Origin: Tubulanus polymorphus
Lineage: Eukaryota; Animalia; Nemertea
NCBI RefSeq assembly: GCF_964204645.1
Contig: NC_134031.1
Coordinates: forward strand, 2,108,001 to 2,172,000
DNA: 64,000 nt
Reading direction: 5' to 3'
The translations under genes and the position numbers were made by a program. Within the stretch, counting starts at the first letter, position 1, and each line of letters starts with the position of its first letter. The notes below the pieces were generated by a model. That model did no database searches and was not told where the DNA came from. It saw nothing but the letters and a program-made list of their open reading frames with translations. This document shows positions 41,374-54,525 of this stretch, piece after piece.

Positions 41374-44300
41374 CAGGAGTCTTTACCATCTATATATTCC
41401 AGCCCTATGCCGCTGTCACAAACCATCTTTACTTTAGGTACAGATTAAAGATTCTCGATGCAAGCTAAATGCTTTAAGTAAAACCGCTATCAAAATCTAT
41501 CGTACGAATTGGCTTTGAAAATATATTTCACGAATGCAAAGAATGGTAGGATATATTATTTCGTGGCTTGATTTTGATCTCGATTTTTAAGTCGAGTAAC
41601 GGCATATAACGGCGGGTGAGAAAGGGCGGCATGCGAGGTGTAAATTTCTTTTCTGAGTGATTGCAGCGTGAATTGTTCCGTGGTTTCGCCGTGAGTTGAA
41701 TTTTATAAATAGATATCTAATGAGTGAATGGTACGCGAGTTTAATTTGTACGATGACTGAAGACGATCTTTTGTGACATCGGAAACGCTTCGAAAGGCGG
41801 TATTAAAATCGCATTTTTCACGCGCGGCGGTCTATACAGTCAGTCATTTTCTCGGAGTCATCCTCCTCCGACAGTTGGCGACAATCTACACGTACGTGCA
41901 GGAGACGCCGGGTCAAAGGGGTGGCATAACAAACAAATTGATACCGGCGAAACACAATCATCTTAGATTAACGTTAGAAGCCATCCTATCGTCGCTGATG
42001 AAGTGGGCCACGTTATAAGAAGGGCATCAGTCAGTCAAGGTCGCGTGAAATACAGCATATGCAGTGAACTCACGTTTTAACCTTGGAATAATTTAGTTAT
42101 ATATTTTAGTCAGCAATTTATCCTATTTCTGACAGAGGAGTGTTCAACTATTCATAAATACGCCATGAAGTTGATTGGCTGAATATGAGATTTTTCATCG
42201 ACGTTCATATCCATCATAACGGCCGTGAATTGACGGTCACTAGGGTGCGCTGTAAAGAAGACCCCAAAATGTAGGAATATAGGAAGAGCGGGTGTCGAAA
42301 GTAAGATGATAATTCCGGAATCGGTAGAGACCAATCTAAACTTACCAAACTCTCTACCGCCGGTTCTATCGGGTTTACAGATTATGCTATTCTATAATAG
42401 ATAGGCCGAAACGAACGCGCCAGAAGAGAATTCTGGAATCGATGGAGACCCCGAATAATCGCCAAGAAATCCGCGAAGAATTATGTTTTGTCTTAGTAAG
42501 AAACTTCTTAGGACAAGAATCAAGGTGGATATGTAATGGAATCACAACATATTAAGGAGGATGATAGTCGCTTTCGCAAATATCCCTAAGGCTAAACAAA
42601 AATGATACCTTGTTTCTCCGCAGCGGCCGGGTCATTTTTGTAAAATATGATAAAATTTGTAAACAGTTCATTTCTATAGCGGCCGGGTCTGTTATGGTAA
42701 AATTGATCACGATTTTAAAAAAAGTAATGTATAGAGTAGATAGGCGGCCGGCCGGGTCAACATTTAAGCTCAGCAGAGCGGAGAAACAAGGTATCAATTT
42801 TTTTAGCCTAATGACATACTATAGTTACACTGTCATCAGATATCAACACGACATCATTCGTCTTATGAACTTACCGAATACTTTCTGTATATTATGATAC
42901 GGCTGAAAGAGAAAGCAAAAAGTCCTACGATTCGAGATCAAGCAATCGCGACAGAGTCGGATTAACTACTCGATATCTGACGTATTTGTCTGCACGTGGA
43001 TTATATGTAGAAAGGGTATTTAATTTTCCGTCGAGACAGTGGATCATCAGCGGCGGTAACAGTCGAGAACCACGAGAATACCCCAGCACCTCGCGTCATT
43101 ATAGCGATGATGATATTGAGAAATAAATTGTTGAAAAGTAATAATGTTCAATCTTGTCAGCAGCGAAGAAAGATTCCACTGGAGATAGTTTTAATAGTTT
43201 CACTACATATATTTTACATTATTAAAGAGATATATAATTTAGACTTTTGTATTGCAAAAACAAATAACTAAGATATCATTGTTGATGCTTTGTATGCAAT
43301 GAACTTTTCAAACTAAGTATTTTCAACTCAAGCTTTGACGTTTTTTCAACTATAGCTTTGACGTCAAGGTATTGCCGCGATGTGGAACTCGAGAACGAGA
43401 TGTTTGTCTTATATATAATTAAGATGGACTGGGAAGATTTGTTTGGAGAAATACTCAACCGACACTTTCGGGAGGTAGACATGTTCATGATGTACTTACT
43501 TCCTGCGAGAAATGATAAACAAACCTTTTTCCCATTTTTCAATAGCAGGCAATCTCTAGATGAAAACCGGTCGCTAATAGACGCCATCACGCCGCCTAGA
43601 GAACATCCATTTCCGGTCGCGAACCACCGTCGCCGCCGTCTCGAGAATTGCTACACGTCTCTCCCGCACTGTAGACATCGGAACGTAAAACAAACAGTAA
43701 CTTCATCACTGATTCAACTTCAAACAGTAAACTACGAATTCGTTTACAGCGTAAACTGCTCGGTACAATGGCAATACACCTAGTATTGAAAACTCTCTTC
43801 TAGATAATAATGATGATAATCTATTCGCATATTATTGATAAATTTTCAATGTATATATTTATCTTTATCTGGCTTTACGTCGTTCGGTTCACGGTTTTCC
43901 AAGATTAACGAATTATTCATTTAACCTCAAGACGGGGACGCGGCCTTTCAAAGTGTTGCCCGCACACTGTAGGCAGGCAGCAGGACTCGAACTACCTCTA
44001 AGCGCATAGAATTTCAAAATATTTCACCGCGAACACCTAAATCGCTTCCGAAAGGGTAATGTGTATAGGCGTAATGCGCATCGATGATGTCACAATGGCA
44101 CTTAAAATCCTTTTTAAAAATTATCGTGTTAAAATAAATATAATGCATTTGCAATGAAAAACTACATTACTGCTCTAACTCCTTAATAACTCAGTGGTCG
44201 CGCGTGTGTAGGCCACATCGTCGATTTTCGGCTTCAACGGCCAGATTGTGTTCTCCATTAGGATAGCTACAATTCGTGATAACCATGAAATGAACAATAA

Positions 44301-44634
44301 TGTCGTTTTTAATCGTGTCGAATGGAACCGTCAAAGGCGGTAAGAGGATGTTGCGCTATTCTCACTCATAGTTCATTCTAAACCGTGTCCTCGCATGTAT
44401 GTACTCGAAAGTGAGCATCATAGAACTGGAGGTCAACATCAGGTCCCATCATGTGTGAAATCTATTACCGTTCTTACTGAGGATTACAGAGCACGTAAGC
44501 TTGTAAACACATTAACAATGATAATTAACTATCCGACTCGATTGTCAATTCTTGTGGTCATCACGCAGGGTACTTTTAATGCTTACCTACCTACCTACCC
44601 CAGCACTGACAACATACAGTCAAATTAGGTACGT

Positions 44635-44820
44635 TTTGAAGAAAAAAAAACCTACAATAGAAAGAAAGAACTTAATGAACATTTGATGTTTCAATCCAAT
44701 TCCATGAGCCATTTTTTAGGAAAACTGAAATTAGTTTGGGAAATGTCTCAAAGAATTGGCCCGAAATGTCAAAATGCTCATTTAGTTTTTTTTCTTTCTA
44801 TCGTGGGTTTTTACTTCAAA
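44635..44820. repeat. Imperfect ~186-bp palindrome (possible decayed Penelope-type inverted termini)
   Basis: Left arm TTTGAAG.AAAAACCTACAATAGAAAGAAA...CCAATTC..TGAG.CATTT matches the reverse complement of the right arm. Confidence 0.6.
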
Positions 44821-47110
44821 TTATATTAGACAGTCACCTGTCTATGGAAACCAAATCGGTTCGTTTTGCTTTATTAACTTGTTTAAGGTTGAAGGCGAAT
44901 CCATGAGATCAGAATGGAGAGCCTAAAACTTCATATGTCTAGTTGTATAAAAAGTGTACACGAACAGCTCTTTGTAGGCGCGAAGGCTGGAAAATTGATA
45001 TTTTTCTGAGCATCATGGTGTGATTCTTAAGCAAAATTACCAGCAATGATGATGTCTTGGCAAAACTAGGAATGGGCCTCTTGGGCCCCTCTAACAACGG
45101 GCCCCGGAAAACAAAACCTCGTTCTCAATCTCAACCGAAGCAAGACGTCATCGACAGTATTTCACTCGCTGGATGTCGTTAGGAAATTGATTTCGCTACG
45201 AGAGACGTTTGACGAACCAGCAAAGCAAATATTACCCTTGGTTTTATTCGTTTATTTAACGCGTTGTTTAACTGATACCTGGGTTACTGTCGGAAATAAG
45301 CAATCTATTCGCATTAACGCAACCATCTGCCTCGCTGATTCGTCCTATTAAAGAATCAACCAACAGGTTATTGGACATATCACGCCGTAGGTCGCGTGTA
45401 TAATAGATAAATCACCGACAAACTGTTACCCGGTAAGTCTGAAAAAAAAAGAAAATCCAACCGAAACCGATTCTAGAACTTGTCTGAATTACCCGTTCGA
45501 ATTAACAAACGGACGACTCTTCCCGCCATTGATGACCTTTGTAATAAGATCAATTCAAAACTAGCGTAACCGAGCCGATCAGTATTCCATTCCAATCTCC
45601 TCGACTAATAATTCACAAATCAGAAATAATTTCACCCTCTTCTCGGATGCGAGTCAATGACTGGTGGCCGCGAATGCCACGCTGCGCCTCTCGGTGACCG
45701 CGCTGGAGTCCCCTGTCGTGTCATCGACGTCGTTTAAACACCGGAAATCGACCCCGCTGTCGGTTTACTCGCTACTGCAAATGTAGCGATTACAAGGACT
45801 GTCGTATGAAAGGCTCTTGTAAATCGCGTAGGGAACAAGTGCCGCTAATGTGTCGGCATTGGACAAATCTAGTCCTTAATAAATATCTCGAGGCGGCAAA
45901 TAGCATTTCATTAGAGGTCAGTGTTAGTGGCGGACGATACTCGCCGGTGTCAATCTGGTCATTTTACGTGTTTACATAATTCGTTTCCGTTAATAAACGG
46001 CGTCGAAATAAATCTCGTCGATTTTGCGACGCTCGTTATCGTTGTCGATTCATAAATCCTCGTCGACGGTTCGGATATGACTGGCGTTGACGACGATAAT
46101 CTTCCGATTAGAGAATTATGCTTTTAATCATCCTTTAACTCACTGAGCACAGCTCGGAATATTACTATAGCGGTTTCTGGTTTCTTACTTTCGAAACTCC
46201 GCCGCCGCCAGGACTCGAACCTATGAAATCTACATTGAAGAGATGTTCAATGAAAACCATTCAGTCACTGAGTCTCCGTAGGTATTACGCCAGCGTGAAT
46301 TCGACCGATCGTCTGGCATAGTCGTGATCTTCTTTTAATAACTGTTGTGATATGGTCGACTACGCGTCGAAAAGGCTATAAAACGATTGCTCAAGTTCTT
46401 TAAACTATTTCTTATCAGAAACGAATGTTAGACAATCCAATTAGACAACGCTGAATGTTAAAAGAGTCGACGATCTAACGAAATCAGACCATTTAAAAAT
46501 TTAAAAATGAGGTTTTCATCAGTAGTATAATCCTTAGACTAGTCGGGAACCAGACCTTAATTTGAATGTTAAAACTAATGGGAATCTTTCCTATTTAACT
46601 TTTCTCGTGACTAAAGGATTCGGTTTATAAGTGGATGGAACAGTCTGTAGATTTTAAGCCAAGAGAACCGGCTACAGAGATAAGATCTAACTGCGTGTTA
46701 CAGGAATTATAGCAGAGATTCCATCAATGCGCGTTCAGTGATAGTATATTTGATATGAAGTGACATGTCGACACGACAGATGAATATTAATCCATCTACA
46801 CCAATGTGAAATGTCCAATAGACTAATATGCTAAGATTTTCAGATTACTGTCATTCTGTTTGGTTTGCGGTGTTAAATTCCCCCCCCCCGCGAGGTTTTT
46901 TCATGAGTATTTTTTTCGGTGTGGCGAGAGCCGAAACGACAATTCAAGGATTGAGAATGTGCAAACTGTATCTTGCTGGCTGACTGCAGTGAACTGATTT
47001 AAATCTCAGTGTAGAGCCTAGTGGCTGAACTCATTTTCGAGCTTCACCGCACATTACGGGCTATTTTAAACACGAGATAGACTTTGAATTGGAAAGGTCG
47101 ATTTTGCGTT

Positions 47111-47297
47111 AACGAATAAAAACCCACTGTAGATCTGTAGAAACATTTTATTTCCTCACAGTTTCGGGGTTCAAACAAAAATTAAACAATAATAATTATT
47201 GTATCATTGGTTCCTCTGAAGATGAAGTTTAGTTTTAACCTCAAAACTGTAACGAAATAAACTGTTTATACAGATATAACTGCGGGTTTTGTTCGTT
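47111..47297. repeat. Imperfect inverted repeat with decayed hammerhead-like core (Penelope-like remnant)
   Basis: AACGAATAAAAACCCACTGTAGATCTGTAGAAACATTTTATTTC versus GAAATAAACTGTTTATACAGATATAACTGCGGGTTTTGTTCGTT; CTGAAGA at ~47216. Confidence 0.45.
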
Positions 47298-47499
47298 GAG
47301 AAATGCTAAAAGCCTATCATCTCTTGTATCTGATTTCAAGAATCTGAAGCTGAATAGTTATTAATGAGCTAATCCATAAATGTTGTACTGTGATTCTCCT
47401 TGTCTATTACTAATATAATAGTACATTCACTATTATTATTACTTATTATTATTGTTACCATTGCCTTTATTGCTATTAATCTTTATCTGTTTTTTTTAC

Positions 47500-47677
<178 letters not shown>

Positions 47678-48999
47678 AGTATTATAATCCTTCTTATTAT
47701 TATGAATATGGATGAATATTATAATGTTAACGATATTCATATATCATAAAGTAACATATATATCTATTTGTATTGCACCTTGCACATAATGCACGTGGGC
47801 ACAGTGCCTTAGTAATTATAAGTACAGCCCTAGGCTCGCACTGTGTCCCTCATCTTATGTCTGTAAAAACTATGTTTAACTCCTATATTGTATCTTGCAT
47901 GACATAATGATGAAAAATAAATTATATATATTATATCTTGCTGACTTTTCATTCTATCGCAACTCGTCTGTAGTTGTTATTCCGAGTTTCAGCGCAGTTT
48001 TCTACTGCGTGAATTTAAATCTACTGGTGTAACTTGTCTCTACGGAAAATGGTTTACTTGTTAGTATTAGGTCTGAGTGTTACGTCATATACATATGGAT
48101 CTCGAAGACATAATGTATCATTGTATGTTGGTTGTTTATCCCTTTGCATCCCGTTTATCTTTGGATTATTTTTTTGGACATACATGTATTATCCTAAAGC
48201 TCACTTATCCTTCTATTGTTTCGATAACACTAATCGGACTTTGACTGTAGTCGCCCTACCTCGTCTTATCGGGGCTTCATCAATTGGCGGTTGTTGTTTT
48301 TCGCGACGGTAAATTAGCCACGAGTGACGTTTTCAACCGTAACTCATATATGTATACCTTTACCGCGAAATGGGTTTCACTGCCTCGAGCGGTGACCTTT
48401 AGGGTCTTCTGACCTTAGGCTTGACCTTGGCCTTTGGCTACAAGGTTCTCCGGGGATATCGATAAACATTGTTCTGCCTGGAAATAGAAATTACATGAAT
48501 TAAAATCCGGGAGACGCGATTTCGTGCATGAAAAGGGCACCGCATTTTTATCGAATATTGAACCTGAATCTTACCTTTGCCAGTTAATCGAGCCTAACAC
48601 GACGGTGTTTGATGCGGGAAAATTGTCTGACACTTGTCCGAAAGTGAACTTTAGGTCGATGGAAGTGTCAACTCCGGCACGAGTTATTCAATGCATATTA
48701 GCGGCTTTTGTTTGGGAGCATGTCTTCAGGTTTTATTGGGGACCAAGTAATGAAATAGACGTTAATCAAGTTCATTCAGCTTGTTAGAAATCATGCAGAT
48801 ACATTTGCTGTCTCACAATGACTTATACAATCGTCTTAAGGCCGTACGTGATATATAGATTGTAAACTTTAATTGGCTCGAGGCTGATTTGATAGATCTG
48901 CCGAATATAATCTGAGAAAAAATTACTGAAAAGAAATGCCCCGACCGTGCATGAATATGTTCATTTCTCTCAACGGGCTGCTTTATTTTCTATTTACAG

Positions 49000-49800
49000 A
49001 TAAAACGATCACTCGACCCGGCGAATGCATTATCAGAAAACCTAAAAGTTATAGATGAAAACGAACTGGATAAAGAAAGGCGATATCTAGACAGTTTAGG
49101 AAGTGGTGTTATTCACGGCTTCCGAAGACAACTCGATACATTAGGAGGAAACGCCATTCACCCTGGTCGCAGGTACTTGGACACGTTAGGCGGGCGGGTT
49201 ATCCATGGCGGTCGATCGTTAGACAAACGTCCGTTCGATTCGATCGGCCACGGCGACTTTTCCAATTTCGCCAAGAAACGAGGGTTCGATTCGATTGGTC
49301 ACGGCGAATTCAGCAACTTCGCTAAGAAACGAGGATTCGACTCGATCGGTCACGGAGAATTCAGCAGTTTCCAGAAGCGTCCGTTCGACTCAATCGGTCA
49401 CGGAGACTTCTCGTCGTTCAGCAAGCGCGGTTTCGACTCGATCGGCCACGGGGACTTCTCCAACTTTCACAAGCGACCATTCGATTCGATCGGTCACGGC
49501 AGTTTCAGCAACTTCCAGAAGAGGCCGTTCGACTCTATCGGCCACGGCGACTTCAGCAATTTCGCCAAACGACCGTTCGATTCAATCGGTCACGGAGATT
49601 TCAGCTCCTTCAACAAGAAACGAGGATTCGACTCGATCGGGCATGGCGAATTTTCCTCCTTCCAAAAACGACCCTTCGACAGCATCGGACACGGTTCATT
49701 TAGCAGCTTCAGTAAGAAGAAGCGCGGATTCGACTCGATAGGACACGGAGAATTTAGCAGCTTCGTCAAACGATCAGCCGCAGACAGTAAGTTTTCATGA
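49000..49800 (+). CDS. Neuropeptide precursor main exon: 3 FCAP-like + 11 pedal peptide/orcokinin-type (FDSIG) peptides
   Basis: Acceptor TTTATTTTCTATTTACAG|ATA, in frame with ORF 49177-49800. Translation IKR-SLDPANALSENLKVIDENELDKE-RR-YLDSLGSGVIHGF-RR-QLDTLGGNAIHPG-RR-YLDTLGGRVIHGG-R-SLD-KR, then 11x (P/G)FDSIGHG(D/E/S)FS(N/S)F(A/Q/S/H/N/V) separated by KR/KKR/KKKR convertase sites. Ends either at donor GACA|GTAAGT (49786) or at TGA (49800). Confidence 0.95.
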   Translation: MKRSLDPANALSENLKVIDENELDKERRYLDSLGSGVIHGFRRQLDTLGGNAIHPGRRYLDTLGGRVIHGGRSLDKRPFDSIGHGDFSNFAKKRGFDSIGHGEFSNFAKKRGFDSIGHGEFSSFQKRPFDSIGHGDFSSFSKRGFDSIGHGDFSNFHKRPFDSIGHGSFSNFQKRPFDSIGHGDFSNFAKRPFDSIGHGDFSSFNKKRGFDSIGHGEFSSFQKRPFDSIGHGSFSSFSKKKRGFDSIGHGEFSSFVKRSAADSKFS

Positions 49801-49970
49801 TGAGAAAAGTTTGTAGAGAGGCCGCGTGTAAAACGTAGAGACAGATAGTATACTTAAAGGTTAACTAAGTTTTTTTTATTTAAGATGCCGTAGTTTAGTA
49901 GTTTTGTCAAGAAATACTCTCGTCATATACCCGTGCTCTCCGTCTTTACGTTTTACTAGTAAGTTTCCAG

Positions 49971-50078
49971 GGTCCGGTTCCACAGTTCCGAGTTAAGATT
50001 TGACTCTGAGTTAACTCATTGAAAATGAACTAACTTTAACTCAGAGTTAACTCTAACTCACAACTGTGGAACTGGGCC
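49971..50078. mobile_element. 108-bp Harbinger-like MITE, family H1
   Basis: TIRs GGTCCGGTTCCACAGTT / AACTGTGGAACTGGGCC; CAG TSD at 49968-49970 and 50079-50081. Confidence 0.9.
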
Positions 50079-50799
50079 CAGGAGTGTCTTCCAATTCTAT
50101 GCAACCCGGGGTTTTCGGTTAGCTGTCGGAAAGTTCCGAGTCGAAATTAGCAGCAAGTGAATTCCGACCAAGATAAAATGCATGGTATTTCAGACTCTAT
50201 AAAGACTGGAATGCTAAAAAAAACATTTTAAGAAAATTTAGTACCTATTTCCTTTAGAGAATAAGACTCCCTGGTTTTAGATTCGCGGTTATCACGACGT
50301 TTAAAGACGCCCGCATTCTCTATCTGTCTCTCTGTCTCTCCACACTTGATTTATTCATCGACGGCGCCCATTTACCGATTTCCTGTTTGATATGTAAACA
50401 ACATGCGCCCGAATTGACAAAAAATTACGTCATTGCAGAAGCAGGTTTTACTACTGCGCTAATGGATTGTTAATGAATCGTCATCAAAAAAATTGTCTGA
50501 CCATTCCCCACCGACTCGCTCGCGAGATCCTTAAAAATCAATGGAATCAAGATTCTTCCAGAAGCTCCCAAGAAGATTTACGTCACTAATTTTAATAATT
50601 AATTACCCATCAATATTTGCTTTAGTTGATTGATTTAAGTGACAGGTGATTTTATGATTATTCAAGATGGCGGCATTCGCCCGGTAGAACGAGGCTTATA
50701 CCGCCCCACGACATCGTCGTTCCAGACAGTTATTTAGGAAGACGACTTCGAGGAAGATTTCAAACGAATATTTTAAACGTTTTTCTTTCCGTATTTCAG

Positions 50800-50828
50800 A
50801 AAAAGCTGACAAGAAATCGACTCAGTAA
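50800..50828 (+). CDS. Probable terminal coding exon of the neuropeptide precursor (KKADKKSTQ*)
   Basis: Strong acceptor TTTTTCTTTCCGTATTTCAG at 50799; the phase-1 join to the donor at 49786 gives ...SAAD-KKADKKSTQ-stop (306-aa precursor); AATAAA candidates at 50844, 52460 and 52588. Confidence 0.55.
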
Positions 50829-53800
50829 AAAGCAGCGGTAAGTAATAAAACTTACGTGTAGAAGCCACAATTCAGACGAACTAAACGATATTATCATCCT
50901 ATGCGTAGGAGTTACATTTAGTTATCGTATGAACTGATTATCTCATATTAACATCATTCTAATCGATACTCCCCCCTTTATTTATTCATAGAAACGCATA
51001 GGCGTTGGACATGGCTATTTTTGATCATCAATCCTTGGAAATGGTTCGATTTTTTTCTCAAAAACGCCTCGACACACGAGGGAGGGAGAGAGAGATGGCT
51101 TCCGTTTTGAGGAGTACCCATCAATCAACAGCGGCCGCGATGGAAACCGATATAACAAACACTACGAGTCACGAACATCTACGAACTTTTTCCGCCAACC
51201 GCTTGTTATCTATCTACCTGTATGACCTCTTGACCTTCAGTTTCTACACCGACCGACCTCGGATCGACCGGGAGTTCTTTGAGCGTTAGACGCATTTTAA
51301 AAAGTATACGACCACTAAAATAGCTCCGCGCTTTCATCTATAGCGGCTAGATTTGAAAAAATGCAGTTTTAAGTTCGTCGGTTTGTTTGAGGATTCTACT
51401 GTTTTATATTGGCAATCATAAAAACAACGCGTTCATACCTCGAAGATTAATTACGAATATAATATCGATTATAATTGACCGATTGATCGGCCAGACGACA
51501 ATGATAATTGTTTAATGTAAATATAAACACGTATTGTACTAATATCATACATAAATCGACGAGAAAATGAAAATTATAAATATGCGATACATAAGTATGC
51601 GAAAATACACAGCTTTCTGGTTTCTAAGTCTTTCATATTCTTGTGATAAAAACCACTCTGACAACTCTCGCGTGTTTCGTCATTTTGAATTCGATCGTTA
51701 TTTTCAGATTGTTATGTATCGTATATCGCATATCGTATATCGAATATCGAAACGCGTATGTCTTGATAAAAACGAAAATGGATTTTGTAAATATTATCTC
51801 ATCAATTATTTCATGTGTTATTAGTGGTCGATTTAAACTCGTGTGTGCGTGCGTGTTCACTTAACTGATTAAATTGTCGAATCAACGAATATTTCATTTA
51901 TAATGATTAAACAGTGCAACGAACGTCGTTTGATGATGGCGAAGATGTTTATGGCGATTGCGGGCACATCTTGGCTTCCCCTCCCACTAGTCTAGTCTCT
52001 CTCCGCCTATTTAACCGAAAGAAATAATCTCTAAAACTCCTACTTCAAGAAAATGATAATCAAAAAATGCGTGGTGCGGGACCTGATTTGAGAAAGGCTG
52101 TCGGATATTGAACTTACGTGAGATTATAATAATATCTAACCGGTTAGAACAAAAATTCTTTGATGTTTATTATTATAAAGTATATATTTCTAAGCGCCTG
52201 TCACTTGTAACTATAGTTGGTTAAACGTATCAGACCGAAAACAGCAATATACAATATATTCACCAAACTATGTATATTCAACTTCCAGAAACTAATACAC
52301 ACATCAGTAGTATAGTTAGTGATACTTTAAGACGATTCCATTATTTCTTTTTGGTCGCATTTTATTTTATGTTTTTCATTTTTTTTTTCTCTCGAGCAGA
52401 AAACGAAGATTGTAAAACCAAGGCAATGATACGAACGATTTCGACGGAGATATAATATAAATAAATATTGGTTATGTCTACTACGTAATTACCGCGTTTG
52501 AGTTGTTTTTCTTTTCTATGTTGAAATAGGAATGGTAGGCGCTCTAATTCATTTGGTTTCTTAATTTGTTGGTACTTTACATACATGAATAAAAATCCCA
52601 CAATATCAAGATCTAACAACTTTTAAGATCTATCAACCTGAGTTAAACAAATTTGAGTTGTTGGATTGACTGTCTTCATGGTGTGACTTGATTTTGTTTG
52701 TACTTATTTGACGTGTCGCTTACAAACCCACAACACCCACCAGAAACGTAACAGGGGCTCGATATTGCTGATGAATTTTTTCCAAAAAGAAATCTAAGCC
52801 CCGGAATCTATCCCGGAAACACACGCTTATGATAATTTTCGCCAGCTTTACTAGAAATGAAGCACTCTAGAGAACAGAGAGTTCGAGCCATTGGATTCGA
52901 ATCCCAGACCCAGTTTTAAGCATTTCTGTTGAAGTTTAATTCGAGACTTATAAGTTCGTTTCTAATCATCCGAGCGAAAAGTATTCAAACGATATTTCGT
53001 GGAGCCGGATGCTCGCGGTAGCGGAATTCCCGTCCGGCGGCGATTGAAAATCAGGAAACTATTGGCGAACAGAGCAGGATGAGGTTCATCGACGTCAACA
53101 GATCAGTCATTTCCATTAGATTTAACTTATCAAAGGACTTGACGGATTTCACCGAGGTCATCATTTTAAGACTGGCATCTCATGCCTATCCCCGCGTACA
53201 TACATCCATGACAGAACGTCAGCGTATATTATGAAATAGAAAGCTATACGTGGGAAAACGTATGTGTTCAGCGGAAACTGTCCATCACAGCCCTGAAGTA
53301 ATGACAGTATATACTGCACGGTTCGATAACTCTCAAAGGGTTACACAGAACTTGTCTGTGAATATACAAAGAAGAGTTACTTTTTGACAGAGACTGGGAT
53401 ATCGTCAAAAATCTGACGGAAATCCGGCGGATCTTTCGTGGCTTCGAGCGACGCATTTGGATTACAGGGTTGACTACAAGTGACAGCTACTGATTTATAC
53501 GATGCGTACGCATACTTAAAGCGGACCGAACCGTGAGTGAGTTCTATGAGATAGACGTTGTTATCGCACGGGGACGTACTTAATTAAAACCCGATGATTC
53601 GTTTATTCATTAAGTTAATTGAAAATTACGAAACGCTAATTGGTTATATTAGGACCTTTTCAAATAGCGCAGTCGATTTGCTGTATTTACAGCGCGGGAA
53701 CATAATTCAAATCGATTCGAATAAATAGAAAGCAATCGTACAGAACTCGATCCTTGTGCCCGTGTTCGGATTAATAGTGCGTCAGATCGCACGTAATGAC

Positions 53801-54360
53801 CTATCGGCGTAATTAGATGTCAAGGTTTGATGTGATCGAGATCACGCGTTGCCGGTTTACTGACCGTCGCCGTGAAATCGGTCCAGTTATTTGATAGCAG
53901 CCGAGGCGGGATTCATTTATAGGTTTAACTTGGCTGAATTAATCGAATGATTGAAATGAATCGGTACGAATCCTGAGAAGGGAGCTTTCTATGCCGGATT
54001 TTCTTACCGGCTGATAGAGGTAAACTGAACTTACTGTAGAGGTCACTGTAAACAGTAGAGGTCACCCGGGAACCGAATAAAGACATACGTAGAAACATTA
54101 CAAAATCTTCGTTAAACACGAGTTCAGGTTATTCATTAACTGTCACCTCGTAAATAGATATATTTATTGAAAAGACTCCGGCAGCGGCCGATCATGAATT
54201 CATTTGAGTCGATTTCGAAGGTTACCTTATATTTCATTAAAAACCGGGGAAACAAAATGATGATTTATATAAAAATATACGTCTTTGTTTACACATTATC
54301 ATGTACAATTGTTCATATATATCTTATAGATAAATATTTGGTTATCTATGAATAAATGAA

Positions 54361-54395
<35 letters not shown>

Positions 54396-54525
54396 GGGCA
54401 TAGAATACATTGGTTTAGATTCACCCCGGGAGGTGGTTGTATCCACAGTGACCTCTGTCGCTGTACGATCCCGCGTAGAGTGCCTGACACTACGGATCGT
54501 CACTGCACGGGTCGTAGTGAACGGT

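Noticed and set aside
43276-43783. Overlapping 141-aa (+) and 104-aa (-) ORFs inside the large intron
   Set aside because: No recognisable motifs, no convincing splice sites, no dibasic peptide pattern.
49295-49741. 148-aa S/T/R-rich ORF overlapping the neuropeptide array
   Set aside because: Shifted-frame shadow of the repeat array; variation falls at synonymous positions of the peptide frame.
49231-49767. Regularly spaced repeats resembling a CRISPR array
   Set aside because: Units are coding, vary at third codon positions and have no unique spacers; the DNA is eukaryotic with no cas genes.
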